This document shows, in pieces, positions 38,770 to 52,300 of a stretch of 63,800 nucleotides of DNA (the stretch's first letter is position 1; each line of letters starts with the position of its first letter). The DNA comes from Octopus bimaculoides (Eukaryota). Under the pieces are notes generated by a model. That model worked only from the letters and a program-made list of their open reading frames with translations. It was not told the origin of the DNA and ran no database searches. The position numbers were made by a program, and so were the translations under genes. The DNA lies in assembly GCF_001194135.2 (NCBI RefSeq), contig NC_068987.1, positions 103,634,553 through 103,698,352 of the forward strand. The letters are read 5' to 3'.

Positions 38770-39171
38770 ACATATATGTATGCATGTTTGTATACATGTA
38801 TGTATGTGTGTATGTATGTATTTACGCATATATGCATGTATGTATGTGTATAGATATATATTTATACATATATATAATATATATGCATATGCATACACAC
38901 ATACACATACATGCATATATATGTGTGTGTACGTATATACACTTGGATTTATATATTGCTTGATGTCTGTATAACCTTTGCTCTTTAGCTGTAGGTGAGA
39001 GTTTCAATATAATTCTATAACATATACACAATTACTTTTGTAATTGTATTCGTTAAACATATTCAACACGCTTGTTGTGTACAAGAACGTGCTAAACTCT
39101 TTGTATTAAATTTATTGCACGCAAATGTATACATGCGAATGCGTGTGTATTTGTACGTAGATGTATGCTTG

Positions 39172-39203
<32 letters not shown>

Positions 39204-39536
39204 GTGTGTTTGGGGGCGGCTTTATTGTGTACGTGTAAGTAGGTTTCGGTTAAAGTTTTATGCTCAGCAAAGGAAGAGGAAAATGTTTTCAATGGCATTC
39301 TGTAATGGGATATCATGTGATATGGGAACCGAAAATACAGTCAAAGCCGTTTAATATAATCACAGCTAATGTTATCAAACGTTTATTGCTATCAAAGTTA
39401 TTGAGTCTCTAACGTACTCAGTTTAACGTTACGTCCTCTGCACAACGTTATCAAACACTGATGGTTAATTTAAAATTCCTTTTCCAAACGGTAGTAATTA
39501 GTGGCGTCCATGATATTAGATGGTATACACACACAC

Positions 39537-39574
<38 letters not shown>

Positions 39575-40152
39575 TCGCACACAAACACACAAGCATACAT
39601 ATGTATATTCATGTATTTTATGTCCCTCACTCTTTCGTATATCTTTAAATATATTTGCACTTCCAACTACATGTATCAATTGTCACCCTATTTGTATTTC
39701 TATATCTATATGTGGCTNNNNNNNNNNNNNNNNNNNNNNNNNNNNNNNNNNNNNNNNNNNNNNNNNNNNNNNNNNNNNNNNNNNNNNNNNNNNNNNNNNN
39801 NNNNNNNNNNNNNNNNNNNNNNNNNNNNNNNNNNNNNNNNNNNNNNNNNNNNNNNNNNNNNNNNNNNNNNNNNNNNNNNNNNNNNNNNNNNNNNNNNNNN
39901 NNNNNNNNNNNNNNNNNNNNNNNNNNNNNNNNNNNNNNNNNNNNNNNNNNNNNNNNNNNNNNNNNNNNNNNNNNNNNNNNNNNNNNNNNNNNNNNNNNNN
40001 NNNNNNNNNNNNNNNNNNNNNNNNNNNNNNNNNNNNNNNNNNNNNNNNNNNNNNNNNNNNNNNNNNNNNNNNNNNNNNNNNNNNNNNNNNNNNNNNNNNN
40101 NNNNNNNNNNNNNNNNNNNNNNNNNNNNNNNNNNNNNNNNNNNNNNNNNNNN

Positions 40153-40220
<68 letters not shown>

Positions 40221-42289
40221 ATACATGCGTACGCTGGTTCTTTCCGGTGGTAATAGAGGAAAACGCTTGTCCAAGATGTTGCGCAGTGGATCTGAACTCA
40301 AAACCGCAAGGACGGGAAGCAATTTTTTTTACCGCACAACCATTCCTGTCTCTATGAAGATCTTTGTATCAGCATTCAGATAGAAAAACACAAAATCGAA
40401 CCGGTGACATTTAGACTTTTAGTCTCACGCTCTACCAACTCAGCTATTACATGTATTGTATGCATATTACATGTATAGACGGCTATCCCTCTAAATGCAT
40501 ATATATATATATCAGTATGTTTGCACAGATTATCCTTTATATACCCGCAGTATTTCATTAAGTAAACAGCATTAAGTCGAATGTACATACATGATTAATT
40601 ACATTGGGCAATTACCATTCTTTATTCAGACTTGGCAGATTCGTTAAAGAGTACATCAAAATACTGCACGATATTTGCTTTGGCTCTCAGTGCTCAGAAA
40701 ATGGATATACATACATACATACATACATACACACATATATATATATATNNNNNNNNNNATACAGAAATATATACACATACATAAGATTGAGCGATGGAAA
40801 GATAGATAATGATAGCTAAACATAGTTATACATATATCGATTTATACAAACGTGTGTATATGTGCAGATGCATACACATATATGTGTGCATTTCTGTATG
40901 CATATATATACGCATACGCACTGACACATATAAGCCTATGAATATGAATGCATGTGCATGCGCGCGTGTGTGTATGTACATATATGTATGTGATTTGAAA
41001 ATATACATATGTGTATGTGTGTATGTGTTCGTATATGTTTACGTGTATGTATGTGTGTCTATGTGTTCGGATTTGTTTAGTGTGTGTATGTGTGTGAGTG
41101 TGTCCATATAGTTCTTCCAAAATTGTTTGTATAGTTACATCTATGTGTATTTATTTGCATATATATATATATATANNNNNNNNNNNNNNNNNNNNNNNNN
41201 NNNNNNNNNNNNNNNNNNNNNNNNNNNNNNNNNNNNNNNNNNNNNNNNNNNNNNNNNNNNNNNNNNNNNNNNNNNNNNNNNNNNNNNNNNNNNNNNNNNN
41301 NNNNNNNNNNNNNNNNNNNNNNNNNNNNNNNNNNNNNNNNNNNNNNNNNNNNNNNNNNNNNNNNNNNNNNNNNNNNNNNNNNNNNNNNNNNNNNNNNNNN
41401 NNNNNNNNNNNNNNNNNNNNNNNNNNNNNNNNNNNNNNNNNNNNNNNNNNNNNNNNNNNNNNNNNNNNNNNNNNNNNNNNNNNNNNNNNNNNNNNNNNNN
41501 NNNNNNNNNNNNNNNNNNNNNNNNNNNNNNNNNNNNNNNNNNNNNNNNNNNNNNNNNNNNNNNNNNNNNNNNNNNNNNNNNNNNNNNNNNNNNNNNNNNN
41601 NNNNNNNNNNNNNNNNNNNNNNNNNNNNNNNNNNNNNNNNNNNNNNNNNNNNNNNNNNNNNNNNNNNNNNNNNNNNNNNNNNNNNNNNNNNNNNNNNNNN
41701 NNNNNNNNNNTATATATATGAGAGCGTGTGCGTGCGTGTATAAGAGCATGTATGCAGGTATTTACGCATCTATGTATTTGTGTACGCGCGCACACCGCTG
41801 TTTCGATTATATGGAATGAAGAAACCAGAGGTTTTTTTAGTCTCTTTTTTTTAGTCCTTTGTTTCGTAGAGAAGTTTGCTACATGACGATACTACTACAA
41901 AAAGACGCCTTCGGATATTTAACTTATAACCTCTCACTACTGCGATCTAACAATATCCACACAGTGTGTGGTTAATTAAAGTGATGCATTTGATATTACT
42001 GTGTACCACCGTTGCACTAATCCATTCAGCTCCAGAAAAATTAATGAATATGTTATATATGGTATTTCTAGAAACCTATAATGATTTCCAGCCATCAATT
42101 TGCATACTATCAGTATAATACCGCCACACTACCACAACTCTACAACAACGTCACCAAAATGCGATAGCATGAGGATCAACTGTAAAAGTAACACCTACAA
42201 CTACAAGAAGTTTAAACGGATCGTATAATAGTCATAGATTCACCTGCGCTGCGTAGTAAACACAGTTGTAATCTTGCATTTTTTGTTTC

Positions 42290-42323
<34 letters not shown>

Positions 42324-42372
42324 TTGTGTGTCTCTGTGTGTGTGCGTGTATGTATGCATGTATATATGTATG

Positions 42373-42408
<36 letters not shown>

Positions 42409-42417
42409 TGCATATGC

Positions 42418-42503
<86 letters not shown>

Positions 42504-42736
42504 TATATGTATGTAATTGTATGTATATATGCATGCTTGTATGGAAGCTTATTTGTATCTATGAATGGATGTACATATCTTGTACATACAGGAGAAATAT
42601 ATATATAATATTTATATATGTACATGTAAATGTCGAACGTTGAAAATGAGTTCTCAACACTGCATTGCTGGATACAATTTCTTTATTTATGTATCAAGGC
42701 TACCGTTGGTTTCATGTTAAGAAAAAATGTATATGT

Positions 42737-43047
42737 AGGCGCATGACTCAGTGGTTAGAGTGTCGGGCTCACAATCTCGGACTGGGATGTATGTTGTGTT
42801 CTTGAGCAAGACACTTTATTTCACGTCTCTCCAGTTTGCTCAGCAGTAGAAATGAATTGTGACGTCACTGGTGGCAAGCTTTATTGGCCTTTGCTTTTCC
42901 CTTGGATAACATCGGTGGCGTGGAGAGGGGAGGCTGGTATGCATGGGTGACTACTGGTCTTCCACAAACAACCGTCCCCGGAATTGTGCCTCGGAAGTAA
43001 CTTTCTAGGAGCAATCCTATGGTCATTCATGACCGAAGCGAGTCTTT
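42737..43047 (+). mobile_element. SINE family C, tail type 2
   Basis: AGGCGCATGACTCAGTGGTTAGAG head (B-box region deleted), GTGTTCTTGAGCAAGACACTTTATTTCAC core, then a tail unrelated to that of the 30726 copy. Confidence 0.85.
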
Positions 43048-43057
43048 GTATGTAATG

Positions 43058-43131
<74 letters not shown>

Positions 43132-43134
<3 letters not shown>

Positions 43135-44313
43135 GGTGCGGACGGTATCTGAAGGCCCATGCATTTTTAGTCATTATTTTATTTGACTAATTTTATTGAA
43201 CTTCTATTACAGAAAATAGCAATGACAAGCCCTATGCTTACTAATGAAATGAAAAGGCATGATGTGATTGTGGCTTTGTAGGCTAAGCATAGAGATTTTA
43301 AAATATCTCGTTTTCTGAAAGTTGCTAGATCTTTTGTCCACAAGATTCGGTGTGAATTAAAGAAGGGGATGGAAGCGCATTGCCTGTATGAAAACGTAAG
43401 AAACGTTCCAAACGCTCTGTTTCTATCAGAGCACTTGAATTTATTCAGGAAGTTAAGCAAAACAGTCCAGGAAAATCAGTGAGGTCAATTGCAATAAATT
43501 TCGGGTGTCAGGAAAAGCAATCAGAAATGTTGTGCATGAAGACATCGGATACAAATTTTACGTGATGAGGAGAGGTCAATTCGTATCAGAAAAATCAAAA
43601 GAAATCTGTTTAATCAGTTCCAAAAGACTGTTGAACAAACTTTAAAATCTATCAGAAGATGGTTGGATTTGGTTTTTCTCAGATGAGAAAAAGCTTTGAC
43701 TAGGACCAGAAAACTAACAGAAGAAATGACAGATGGCTATGTGCAGACCTTCTGAGGCACACAAAATTGTTGTTAGGAATGAAGGACATGTGATACCTCC
43801 TCACTTGTTTTCCACAAGGCCTTAGTGTGAATGCTGTTGCGTATATTGAGCTTCTGGATAAAGTTGTTAAGCCTTGCATCAACAATGTATGCAATGAAAG
43901 ACATACACTGATACAATATTCTGCACCATCACACAAGGTTCAAATGACACAAGAATGGATAGCTGACAATTTGCATGATCACATCAGCCCCAACATTTGG
44001 CCTCCTAATTCTCCAGATCTCAGTCCACTGGACTACTACGTAGGAGCACCCCCATAGCACCAAAGATTCTTTGAAAGCCGCCATAGTTCGAGTCATGACC
44101 GATATGAACAGAGACCACTTAATCCGAGTTCGTCCCCGCATAAAGGCAGTTATTGATGCTTATGGTGGTTGTTCTATTGAATGAAATTATTAAACTGATA
44201 ATTTAGCTTTACGTTTATGTTATTTTTATTTTAAAAAATACAGGTTTTTTCTGTTATTATGTAAGCGTCTTTTTTAAACCACAACTATGTTCTCAAATAC
44301 TGTCCGCACGCTG
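43132..44313 (+). mobile_element. Tc1/mariner superfamily, maT (DD37D) transposon relic with TIRs
   Basis: Left TIR CAGGGTGCGGACGGTATCTGA after (TA)n; right end reverse complement CAGCGTGCGGACAGTATTTGA. Transposase remnants WFFSDEK, NRRNDRW and QYSAPSH...WPPNSPDLSPLDYYV have 37 residues between the second (D to Y) and third catalytic positions. Many stops and frameshifts. Confidence 0.9.
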
Positions 44314-44370
44314 TGTATGTATAGCGAACGGATTAAACATAAACTATAAGCTAGCCTCACCATATGTTAA

Positions 44371-44530
44371 GACGCGTTACCTATTGGTTAGGTTATTGCG
44401 CTCCCGATTTCAAGCTTATGGTTTCGATACCCATATTAAGCAGTCCGCTGTGTTCTTGAGCAAAACACTTTATTTCACGTTGCTCCAGTTCAATCATCTG
44501 TAAATGAGTAATTCTACAACGGACTGGGGA
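44371..44530 (+). mobile_element. SINE family C, diverged
   Basis: TATTGGTTAGG...GGTTTCGATACC...GTGTTCTTGAGCAAAACACTTTATTTCACGTTGCTCCAG...GTAAATGAGTAAT. Confidence 0.8.
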
Positions 44531-45019
44531 AATGTTGCAGTCTCGGTTACCAGCACTTTGATTTTTAGGTTTTGGGACAGTAATGTCCAGCGGCAAATGT
44601 CGATCATTCCATATTAAGGAGATAGGAAAAGGATGAGTAGAAATATGAACAAAAAAAGTTGGAAAATTAAAACAGAGGAAAAGAGAAAGAGAGAGAAAAT
44701 AGAAACGATATATAAAATGAATTACAAAACAGATAAAAGAACACATTGATGTGAACAACAACGATGTCATGAGGTCAAGGCCAACGATGAATGTCATGCG
44801 GTCGAGGTCAATCAACTTGTAAAACTTCAATATATACCTGGTGATTATATACAAGTTCAGCATCAAAGAATAAAAAACAAAATTTGGGGTTTAAGAGATT
44901 TTGATTTTAAATAAATTTCAAATGGTTGCACGGAATTTTTGTTAGTGAGCGAGTCGCAGTCCTGCAGTAAAAATATTCTCACTTTGAATAGTAAATGGAA
45001 AGTTAATCAACCAAGTTTT

Positions 45020-45183
45020 ATGTACATTATTTCCATTATTTATATTCGACGGATATTTGTCTTCATCTTGTTTGCTGTTAACACACCGTTTCAGCTGATA
45101 TACTCTCTATCCTTCATCAGGTGTCTTGGGGAAATTTCGAACCTGGGTTCTCATTCCTAAGGTATTTTTCGATGTTGTTGTTG

Positions 45184-45225
<42 letters not shown>

Positions 45226-45290
45226 TCACTGCCTGGAATCGAACTCGGAATCTTGGGGTTAATAGCCCGCGATCTTAACCACTACACTAA
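45020..45290 (-). mobile_element. tRNA-headed SINE-like element with (AAT)n linker and PLE/hammerhead-like tail
   Basis: Minus strand: TAGTGTAGTGGTTAAG (A-box-like), GAGTTCGATTCC (B box), (AAT)n(AAC)n, then GACAC-CTGATGA-AGG...-GAAAC-GGT-GTGTT at 45125-45080. Confidence 0.7.
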
Positions 45291-46269
45291 TTGACAAGCG
45301 ATCTCAGATCAAGCCCATCGCAAGAGAAGTACACGCATATACATATACGTGTGTGTGTGTGTATAAACACAGACACATATTTACATATATATATATATAT
45401 ATATATATATANNNNNNNNNNNNNNNNNNNNNNNNNNNNNNNNNNNNNNNNNNNNNNNNNNNNNNNNNNNNNNNNNNNNNNNNNNNNNNNNNNNNNNNNN
45501 NNNNNNNNNNNNNNNNNNNNNNNNNNNNNNNNNNNNNNNNNNNNNNNNNNNNNNNNNNNNNNNNNNNNNNNNNNNNNNNNNNNNNNNNNNNNNNNNNNNN
45601 NNNNNNNNNNNNNNNNNNNNNNNNNNNNNNNNNNNNNNNNNNNNNNNNNNNNNNNNNNNNNNNNNNNNNNNNNNNNNNNNNNNNNNNNNNNNNNNNNNNN
45701 NNNNNNNNNNNNNNNNNNNNNNNNNNNNNNNNNNNNNNNNNNNNNNNNNNNNNNNNNNNNNNNNNNNNNNNNNNNNNNNNNNNNNNNNNNNNNNNNNNNN
45801 NNNNNNNNNNNNNNNNNNNNNNNNNNNNNNNNNNNNNNNNNNNNNNNNNNNNNNNNNNNNNNNNNNNNNNNNNNNNNNNNNNNNNNNNNNNNNNNNNNNN
45901 NNNNNNNNNNNNNNNNNNNNNNNNNNNNNNNNNNNNNNNNNNNNNNNNNNNNNNNNNNNNNNNNNNNNNNNNNNNNNNNNNNNNNNNNNNNNNNNNNNNN
46001 NNNNNNNNNNNNNNNNNNNNNNNNNNNNNNNNNNNNNNNNNNNNNNNNNNNNNNNNNNNNNNNNNNNNNNNNNNNNNNNNNNNNNNNNNNNNNNNNNNNN
46101 NNNNNNNNNNNNNNNNNNNNNNNNNNNNNNNNNNNNNNNNNNNNNNNNNNNNNNNNNNNNNNNNNNNNNNNNNNNNNNNNNNNNNNNNNNNNNNNNNNNN
46201 NNNNNNNNNNNNNNNNNNNNNNNNNNNNNNNNNNNNNNNNNNNNNNATATATAAATATATAAATATTCC

Positions 46270-46410
46270 CCCTCTAACATCTCCGTCTTTAGCCTCGCTC
46301 TGCAACACGGATTCACACACTCACGACTCCGCTTTGAACAGCGGTATATCTTTAATCTACGAACAACTATCCCCTTCGGACTAAACACAACCCCCTCTTC
46401 CTATTGACTG
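46270..46410 (+). mobile_element. Penelope-like element GIY-YIG C-terminal fragment
   Basis: SNISVFSLALQHGFTHSRLRFEQRYIFNLRTTIPFGLNTTPSSY* matches the R...EQ..IF.L.T..P.GLN end motif of PLE endonucleases. Confidence 0.8.
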
Positions 46411-46539
46411 CCTCTACACCTCCTGCAACTAAGCAACTTTATTTCATTTTTCATTTTTTGCTTGTAATTGCGCCATTTTATATTGCATTAACTTCTTCTT
46501 TACCTCCTTTCAACCTTTTTTTATAATTTATTGTTTTTA

Positions 46540-47511
46540 TTTGTATATATACGCACACATACACACACATACGTACATATATACACACACACGAAACAAC
46601 ACACGTACCCGTGTACACACATGAGCGCACATGTACCTCCCACGCACACCACACACATACAACACATATACATGCACATATACACACACACATACTTCCA
46701 CACACATACACACACGCACACATACACACACACACACACATACACACACACACATACATGCATGCACGCACACATGCACACACACATGCACACACACACG
46801 CACACACTCGCATACATACACACACACACACACACATACACCCACGCACGCGCACACATATGCGCGTACACACACACGTGCACAAACTCACGCACACACA
46901 CATACACATGCACAGGAATGCACACATACCTAACCCACACAACCCCACGCACACTCAGACACACATACCTATACACACACTCATAAACGTACACACAACC
47001 ACAAACACATACATACTCAAGCACACGCGCGTATACGCAACAAAATGCACACATAACCTGACACACATCCCCACGTTCACACACACATATACACATGCAC
47101 GCACATACACACATGCGCATACGCACATACATACACACGCACATATACACACGTGCATATGCACACGCACACACACATATACACACGTACATATACATAC
47201 ATACACACGCACACACACACAAGCGCAAACACACGTACGCACACGAATGCATACATACACACGCACCGATACACGTACACACAACTACACGCACATACAC
47301 ATACACATACACACGCACATGCATACACGCGCAAAAAACGCACCTATGCCTCCTACACAATTCCTCGTTCACACGTACAAGCACACACACACACACAGAG
47401 TAAAGTACAATTACTCCAAAGACACAACTTAACGCGTACACACATACCCACACGTACAAACACATACATACATACATACATACATACATACATACATACA
47501 TACACTCACAC
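46540..47511. repeat. About 1 kb degenerate CA/TA/CG dinucleotide mosaic
   Basis: Almost uninterrupted alternating purine-pyrimidine sequence. Confidence 0.9.
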
Positions 47512-47984
47512 NNNNNNNNNNNNNNNNNNNNNNNNNNNNNNNNNNNNNNNNNNNNNNNNNNNNNNNNNNNNNNNNNNNNNNNNNNNNNNNNNNNNNNNNN
47601 NNNNNNNNNNNNNNNNNNNNNNNNNNNNNNNNNNNNNNNNNNNNNNNNNNNNNNNNNNNNNNNNNNNNNNNNNNNNNNNNNNNNNNNNNNNNNNNNNNNN
47701 NNNNNNNNNNNNNNNNNNNNNNNNNNNNNNNNNNNNNNNNNNNNNNNNNNNNNNNNNNNNNNNNNNNNNNNNNNNNNNNNNNNNNNNNNNNNNNNNNNNN
47801 NNNNNNNNNNNNNNNNNNNNNNNNNNNNNNNNNNNNNNNNNNNNNNNNNNNNNNNNNNNNNNNNNNNNNNNNNNNNNNNNNNNNNNNNNNNNNNNNNNNN
47901 NNNNNNNNNNNNNNNNNNNNNNNNNNNNNNNNNNNNNNNNNNNNNNNNNNNNNNNNNNNNNNNNNNNNNNNNNNNNNNNTATAT

Positions 47985-48140
47985 ATATTCTCTCCTTGTT
48001 TCTTTCTGTGTTCCTTTCTGTGGAAGAGCGTAGGTTCGAAACGTTAAAGACTTTTTCAATACCCGAGCGTCATACTAATACATCTGTTTGTTTTCTACAC
48101 CACCTCTCTTCGTCTGTTGTTTTTTGTGAATTCTCCCTAT
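47985..48140 (+). mobile_element. Family H repeat, second copy, with hammerhead-like motif
   Basis: CTTT-CTGTGGA-A-GAGC-gtag-GTTC-GAAAC-GTT-AAAG at 48014-48049, followed by CCCGAGCGTCATACTAATA as in the 33830 copy. Confidence 0.8.
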
Positions 48141-48562
48141 ATATTTATATATATATATATATATTCACGCACACACATACATTTATCGTTCTCTCTGGCA
48201 AATAGTTTTACCCAAAAAAAATATGCTTTAAATGTCAGTTAATTATTAAGCTATATAATTCCTATAACAGTACATTTTTTCAATTTTGAACTTAATAACA
48301 AAATTTCCAACACACCTTCAAAGTTGGAAGTTCAACTTGTTTGAGTTCTCTGCGCCGGACATAAGAACAAACTACTTTTACGATCATCTGTGTGGCTCTG
48401 TTGATTACGGTTGAAAGTAGCCTGAATCAATCTCATGTGTAAGTGTGTGTGAGTGTTTGTGTGTATGTGTGTATACATATATATATTCGTTATATATAGT
48501 TATGTGTATGTATATATATGTGAGTGTGTATGTATGTATATATATGTAGGTGTATATGTGTG

Positions 48563-48606
<44 letters not shown>

Positions 48607-48607
<1 letters not shown>

Positions 48608-48950
48608 GCAGGAGTGGGTGTGCGCTAAGTAGCTTGCTTACTAATCACATGGTCCCGATTCTGTCCCTAGTGTCATCTTCTATAGCCTCGGGCCGACCAA
48701 TGCCTTGTGAGTGGATTTGGTAGACGGAAACTGAAAGAAGCCCATCGTATACATATGTGTGTGTGTTTGTGCGTGTGTGTGTTTGTGTGTGTGTGTATGT
48801 TTGTGGATCTGTGTTTGTGCCACCACTGTCGCAAAAGAGACCGATAGAATAAGTTCTAGGCTTACAAAGAATAAATCCTGTGGTCGATTTGTTCCATTAA
48901 AGGCGGTGCTCCAGCATGGCTGCAGTCAACTGAAACCAATAAAAGAATAA
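48607..48950 (+). mobile_element. SINE family B, near full length with internal deletions
   Basis: Reverse-complement match to 35581-35981; tail GGCGGTGCTCCAGCATGGCTGCAGTCAACTGAAACCAATAAAAGAATAA. Confidence 0.9.
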
Positions 48951-49029
48951 AATAATATATATACACACACATAGACACTCTCACACACACATATGTGTGT
49001 GTGTGTGTGTGTGTGTGTGTTTGTGTGTT

Positions 49030-49247
49030 ATTTCTTTACTACCCACAAGGGGCTACACACAGAGGGGACAAACAAGGACAGACAAACGGATTAAGTCGAT
49101 TATACCGACCCCAGTGCGTAACTGGTACTTATTTAATCGACCCCGAAAGGATGAAAGGCAAAGTCGACCTCGGCAGAATTTGAACTCAGAACGTAGCGGC
49201 AGACGAAATACCGCTAAGCATTTCGCCCGGCGTGCTAACGTTTCTGC
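49030..49247 (-). mobile_element. SINE family A head and core with an alternative tail
   Basis: Same head and central block as 17677, but the tail is ...TTGTTTGTCCCCTCTGTGTGTAGCCCCTTGTGGGTAGTAAAGAAAT. Confidence 0.88.
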
Positions 49248-49870
49248 GTGTGTGTGTGTGTGTGTAAAAGAAGCTGTGAGCTTGTCTCACGGCTTGAATT
49301 TCACACCTGACCTCTCTTTTCTCATTCGTTCAACATAACTCAACGTATGCATGTGTGCGTGCGTGCGTGCTTGTAGCCATCTATGTATGTGTGTATGTAT
49401 TTATGCATATATGTATGTGTGTATGTATGTACAAGCATAAATACGTATTTGCAAATGTATGCCTTATAAATATGCCTGTATGGTGAGTATGCGCAAGTGC
49501 GTATGTTTCTGTATTTCCGTACTCTACCAGTTTTAAGTAGCACTGATTTCTAATTACCAGACTCACTGAGATTTTTAAACGTTAAATGCAAAATATTAAC
49601 CAGAACACATAAAATGAAACAACGATAAACGGACAAAAAATAGGGTATCATTACAGAAATTAAAGAAATTAGGACGTCGGAGTTTCACCTGAGAATTTAC
49701 AACTGTTTAAGATGTCTTGTTGCGTGATGAATATAATTTAAAGAACTTCATTAAGGGAACAGCAAGATGTGTATTCACACTATCAAAACTTTTTCTTTGT
49801 ATATTTGTATTGCAGTATTATACATACATACTTCTCACACACACACATACACACACACACACACACACAC

Positions 49871-49932
<62 letters not shown>

Positions 49933-49947
49933 NNNNNNNNNNNNNNN

Positions 49948-50005
<58 letters not shown>

Positions 50006-51730
50006 ATACATATCTACACTCATTTATGCGACCATGGGTATACGCATATATACACACACAAACACAGATGTATGTCTTTGTGTGTTGAAAATGTTTTTGT
50101 ATATATGAAGTTATCTTTTTAATTATATACATACATATGTGTATGTATGTATGCATGTATGTATGTATGTATGTGCTGGTGTGTCTTTATACTTAGATAG
50201 TCAGTGTTTTATAAAAGGAGATAGCAATGCAGAAAGTAGTTAAAATATATTAAAATTTATCAATATTTCTCGTGAACATTTCCATTTAAAAAGCTTTAAA
50301 GAACGAATGGCATGTAAATAACGTGCCCAACCTTTATGGGTTATCTTCGAATTACCAGGTGATTATCGATATAAAAATTTGAAGCTGCAGGTTGTTTCTC
50401 CATGTTATCAGTGCCAAGGTGGGATGATGTACATGCGAGTATAAATTGGGTTAAGTGGTGTGAGTTTCAATATCTATGTTATCCATTGGTACTCAATTCA
50501 AACCGGTTGGTTTGTGTCTTTTTAATATATCAGAATAGCCGGATGTCACCGATATTACTGTCAGTTGCTTTAATAATAAATGCGATGTATTTCGTCGTGT
50601 TCCTTTTTCAAGACTTTTGGGTTTTTTGTGTTTTTTTTTTGTTGTTTTTTTGGTAAAGAGTGTATATCGAAATATTCTTTAGTTCGGACGTTTTGTGAGT
50701 GCTGATGTACAATATTTCAGGTACAATTTTTTTGTCTACGAAGATATTGTTTATAATGACAATGATGTTTGCATACAGTGGTGGCTAGAAATCTATATAT
50801 TCCCTGATGCAGTATGACATTAGGTAATATCGTCTCAGATATACTATATCATATGTAAAACAATGGGATAATCATTGCCAAAATGCCCTTCATTAATACC
50901 TGCTCGGTTAGAGCTAAACTAAGGTTAAATAACAATAAAAATGTTATTTGAGCTGAACTCATTAAAAGATTCGGGTCCCAATTCCTCTGTCTTTAACATA
51001 ACACCACTTCCCATCTCAGAACGAAGATCTTAGTAGTTAAATGAGACTGTAAATGCTTGAAAACAGTCACTAGGATAATCAGGTGCTAGTAATCATCTAC
51101 GTCGGGATGAATTAGTCCCCACTTCAGAAATAGTAGTCCTCGCATCAAACGACAATTTTCACTTCAGATCGGAGGACTCCAACATGTACTGATTCTGCGT
51201 TTCTGTTTTGTTTTGTTTTTATATGTTACTATTTAGTTAACTCACTAAGTTTACCAGTGTGTGTAGGCACCAAGTGAAACCACAGAACAACAAGAGAAAA
51301 TTCTTCACCAGCTGGCCATAAACATTCATTTCACTTGCCAATGTGCACAACTGCCATTAGTCAATCACTGTCTAACAAAATTAATCGAGCAAAATTTAAA
51401 TGTCACTGTTTTTGTGTGGTTAATTTGTTTTTCTATGTTCGGATGGTCGGTTGGTACATCCGCTCTAGTACTTCAGAAGCTATTGAGACTAAAATAAAAT
51501 CTTGTTTTTTGTTTTTTTTCATACAAAATGATATTTCAAACAAGTTTCTTGGATACTATGAACGCAGTCAACTTTATCTAAAATGCTACGGTTTGTATAA
51601 AAATAAAGAAAACTTAATCAGTTACGCGAAAAACGAAGTTTGATGAAATATGACTCCCACGTGAATTAACAGCAGAATAATTTTGATCACAAATACTTGT
51701 GGTTACACTAGATGGTAGTAAAAAATGTAA

Positions 51731-51938
51731 TTTAAATTTTGGCACAAGGCCAGCAATTTCGGGGGAGGAGCTAAGTCATTTACATCGACCCCCGTACTCA
51801 GCTGGTACTTATTTTATCGACCTCGAAAGGATGAAAGGTACAGTCGATCCCGGTGGAATTTGAACTCAGAACGTGAAACGATTAAAATGCTCCTAAGCAT
51901 TTTGTCCAGTGTGGTATCGATTCTGTCAGCTTGCCTCC
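51731..51938 (-). mobile_element. SINE family A, full length
   Basis: Reverse-complement match to 17677-17892. Confidence 0.9.
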
Positions 51939-52009
51939 GTAACGGAATCTAAATATTGATCACACATATTAATTATATAAATCATCATAAATTCTTACCC
52001 TATATACAC

Positions 52010-52200
52010 CCCGGCCATACTGGAGCACTGCTTCGGAGGATGCTTTAGTCGAACAAATAGACCTCAGCAATTATTTTTTGTTGAAGCCTACTACTTATTC
52101 TAACGATCTCTTTTGCTGCACCGCTAGGCTACGGGGACATAAAGAAACCAACACCTGGTGTCAATCAATGGTAGACAACAACCACAATCACAAAGACACA
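52010..52200 (-). mobile_element. SINE family B, 3' half
   Basis: GGCCATACTGGAGCACTGC...TTTAGTCGAACAAAT...TACTTATTCTAACGATCTCTTTTGC...ACGGGGAC. Confidence 0.8.
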
Positions 52201-52269
52201 TACATAGATACATGCATATGTGTGTGTATGTATATATACACATACATACACTCATCCACACACACATAC

Positions 52270-52300
<31 letters not shown>

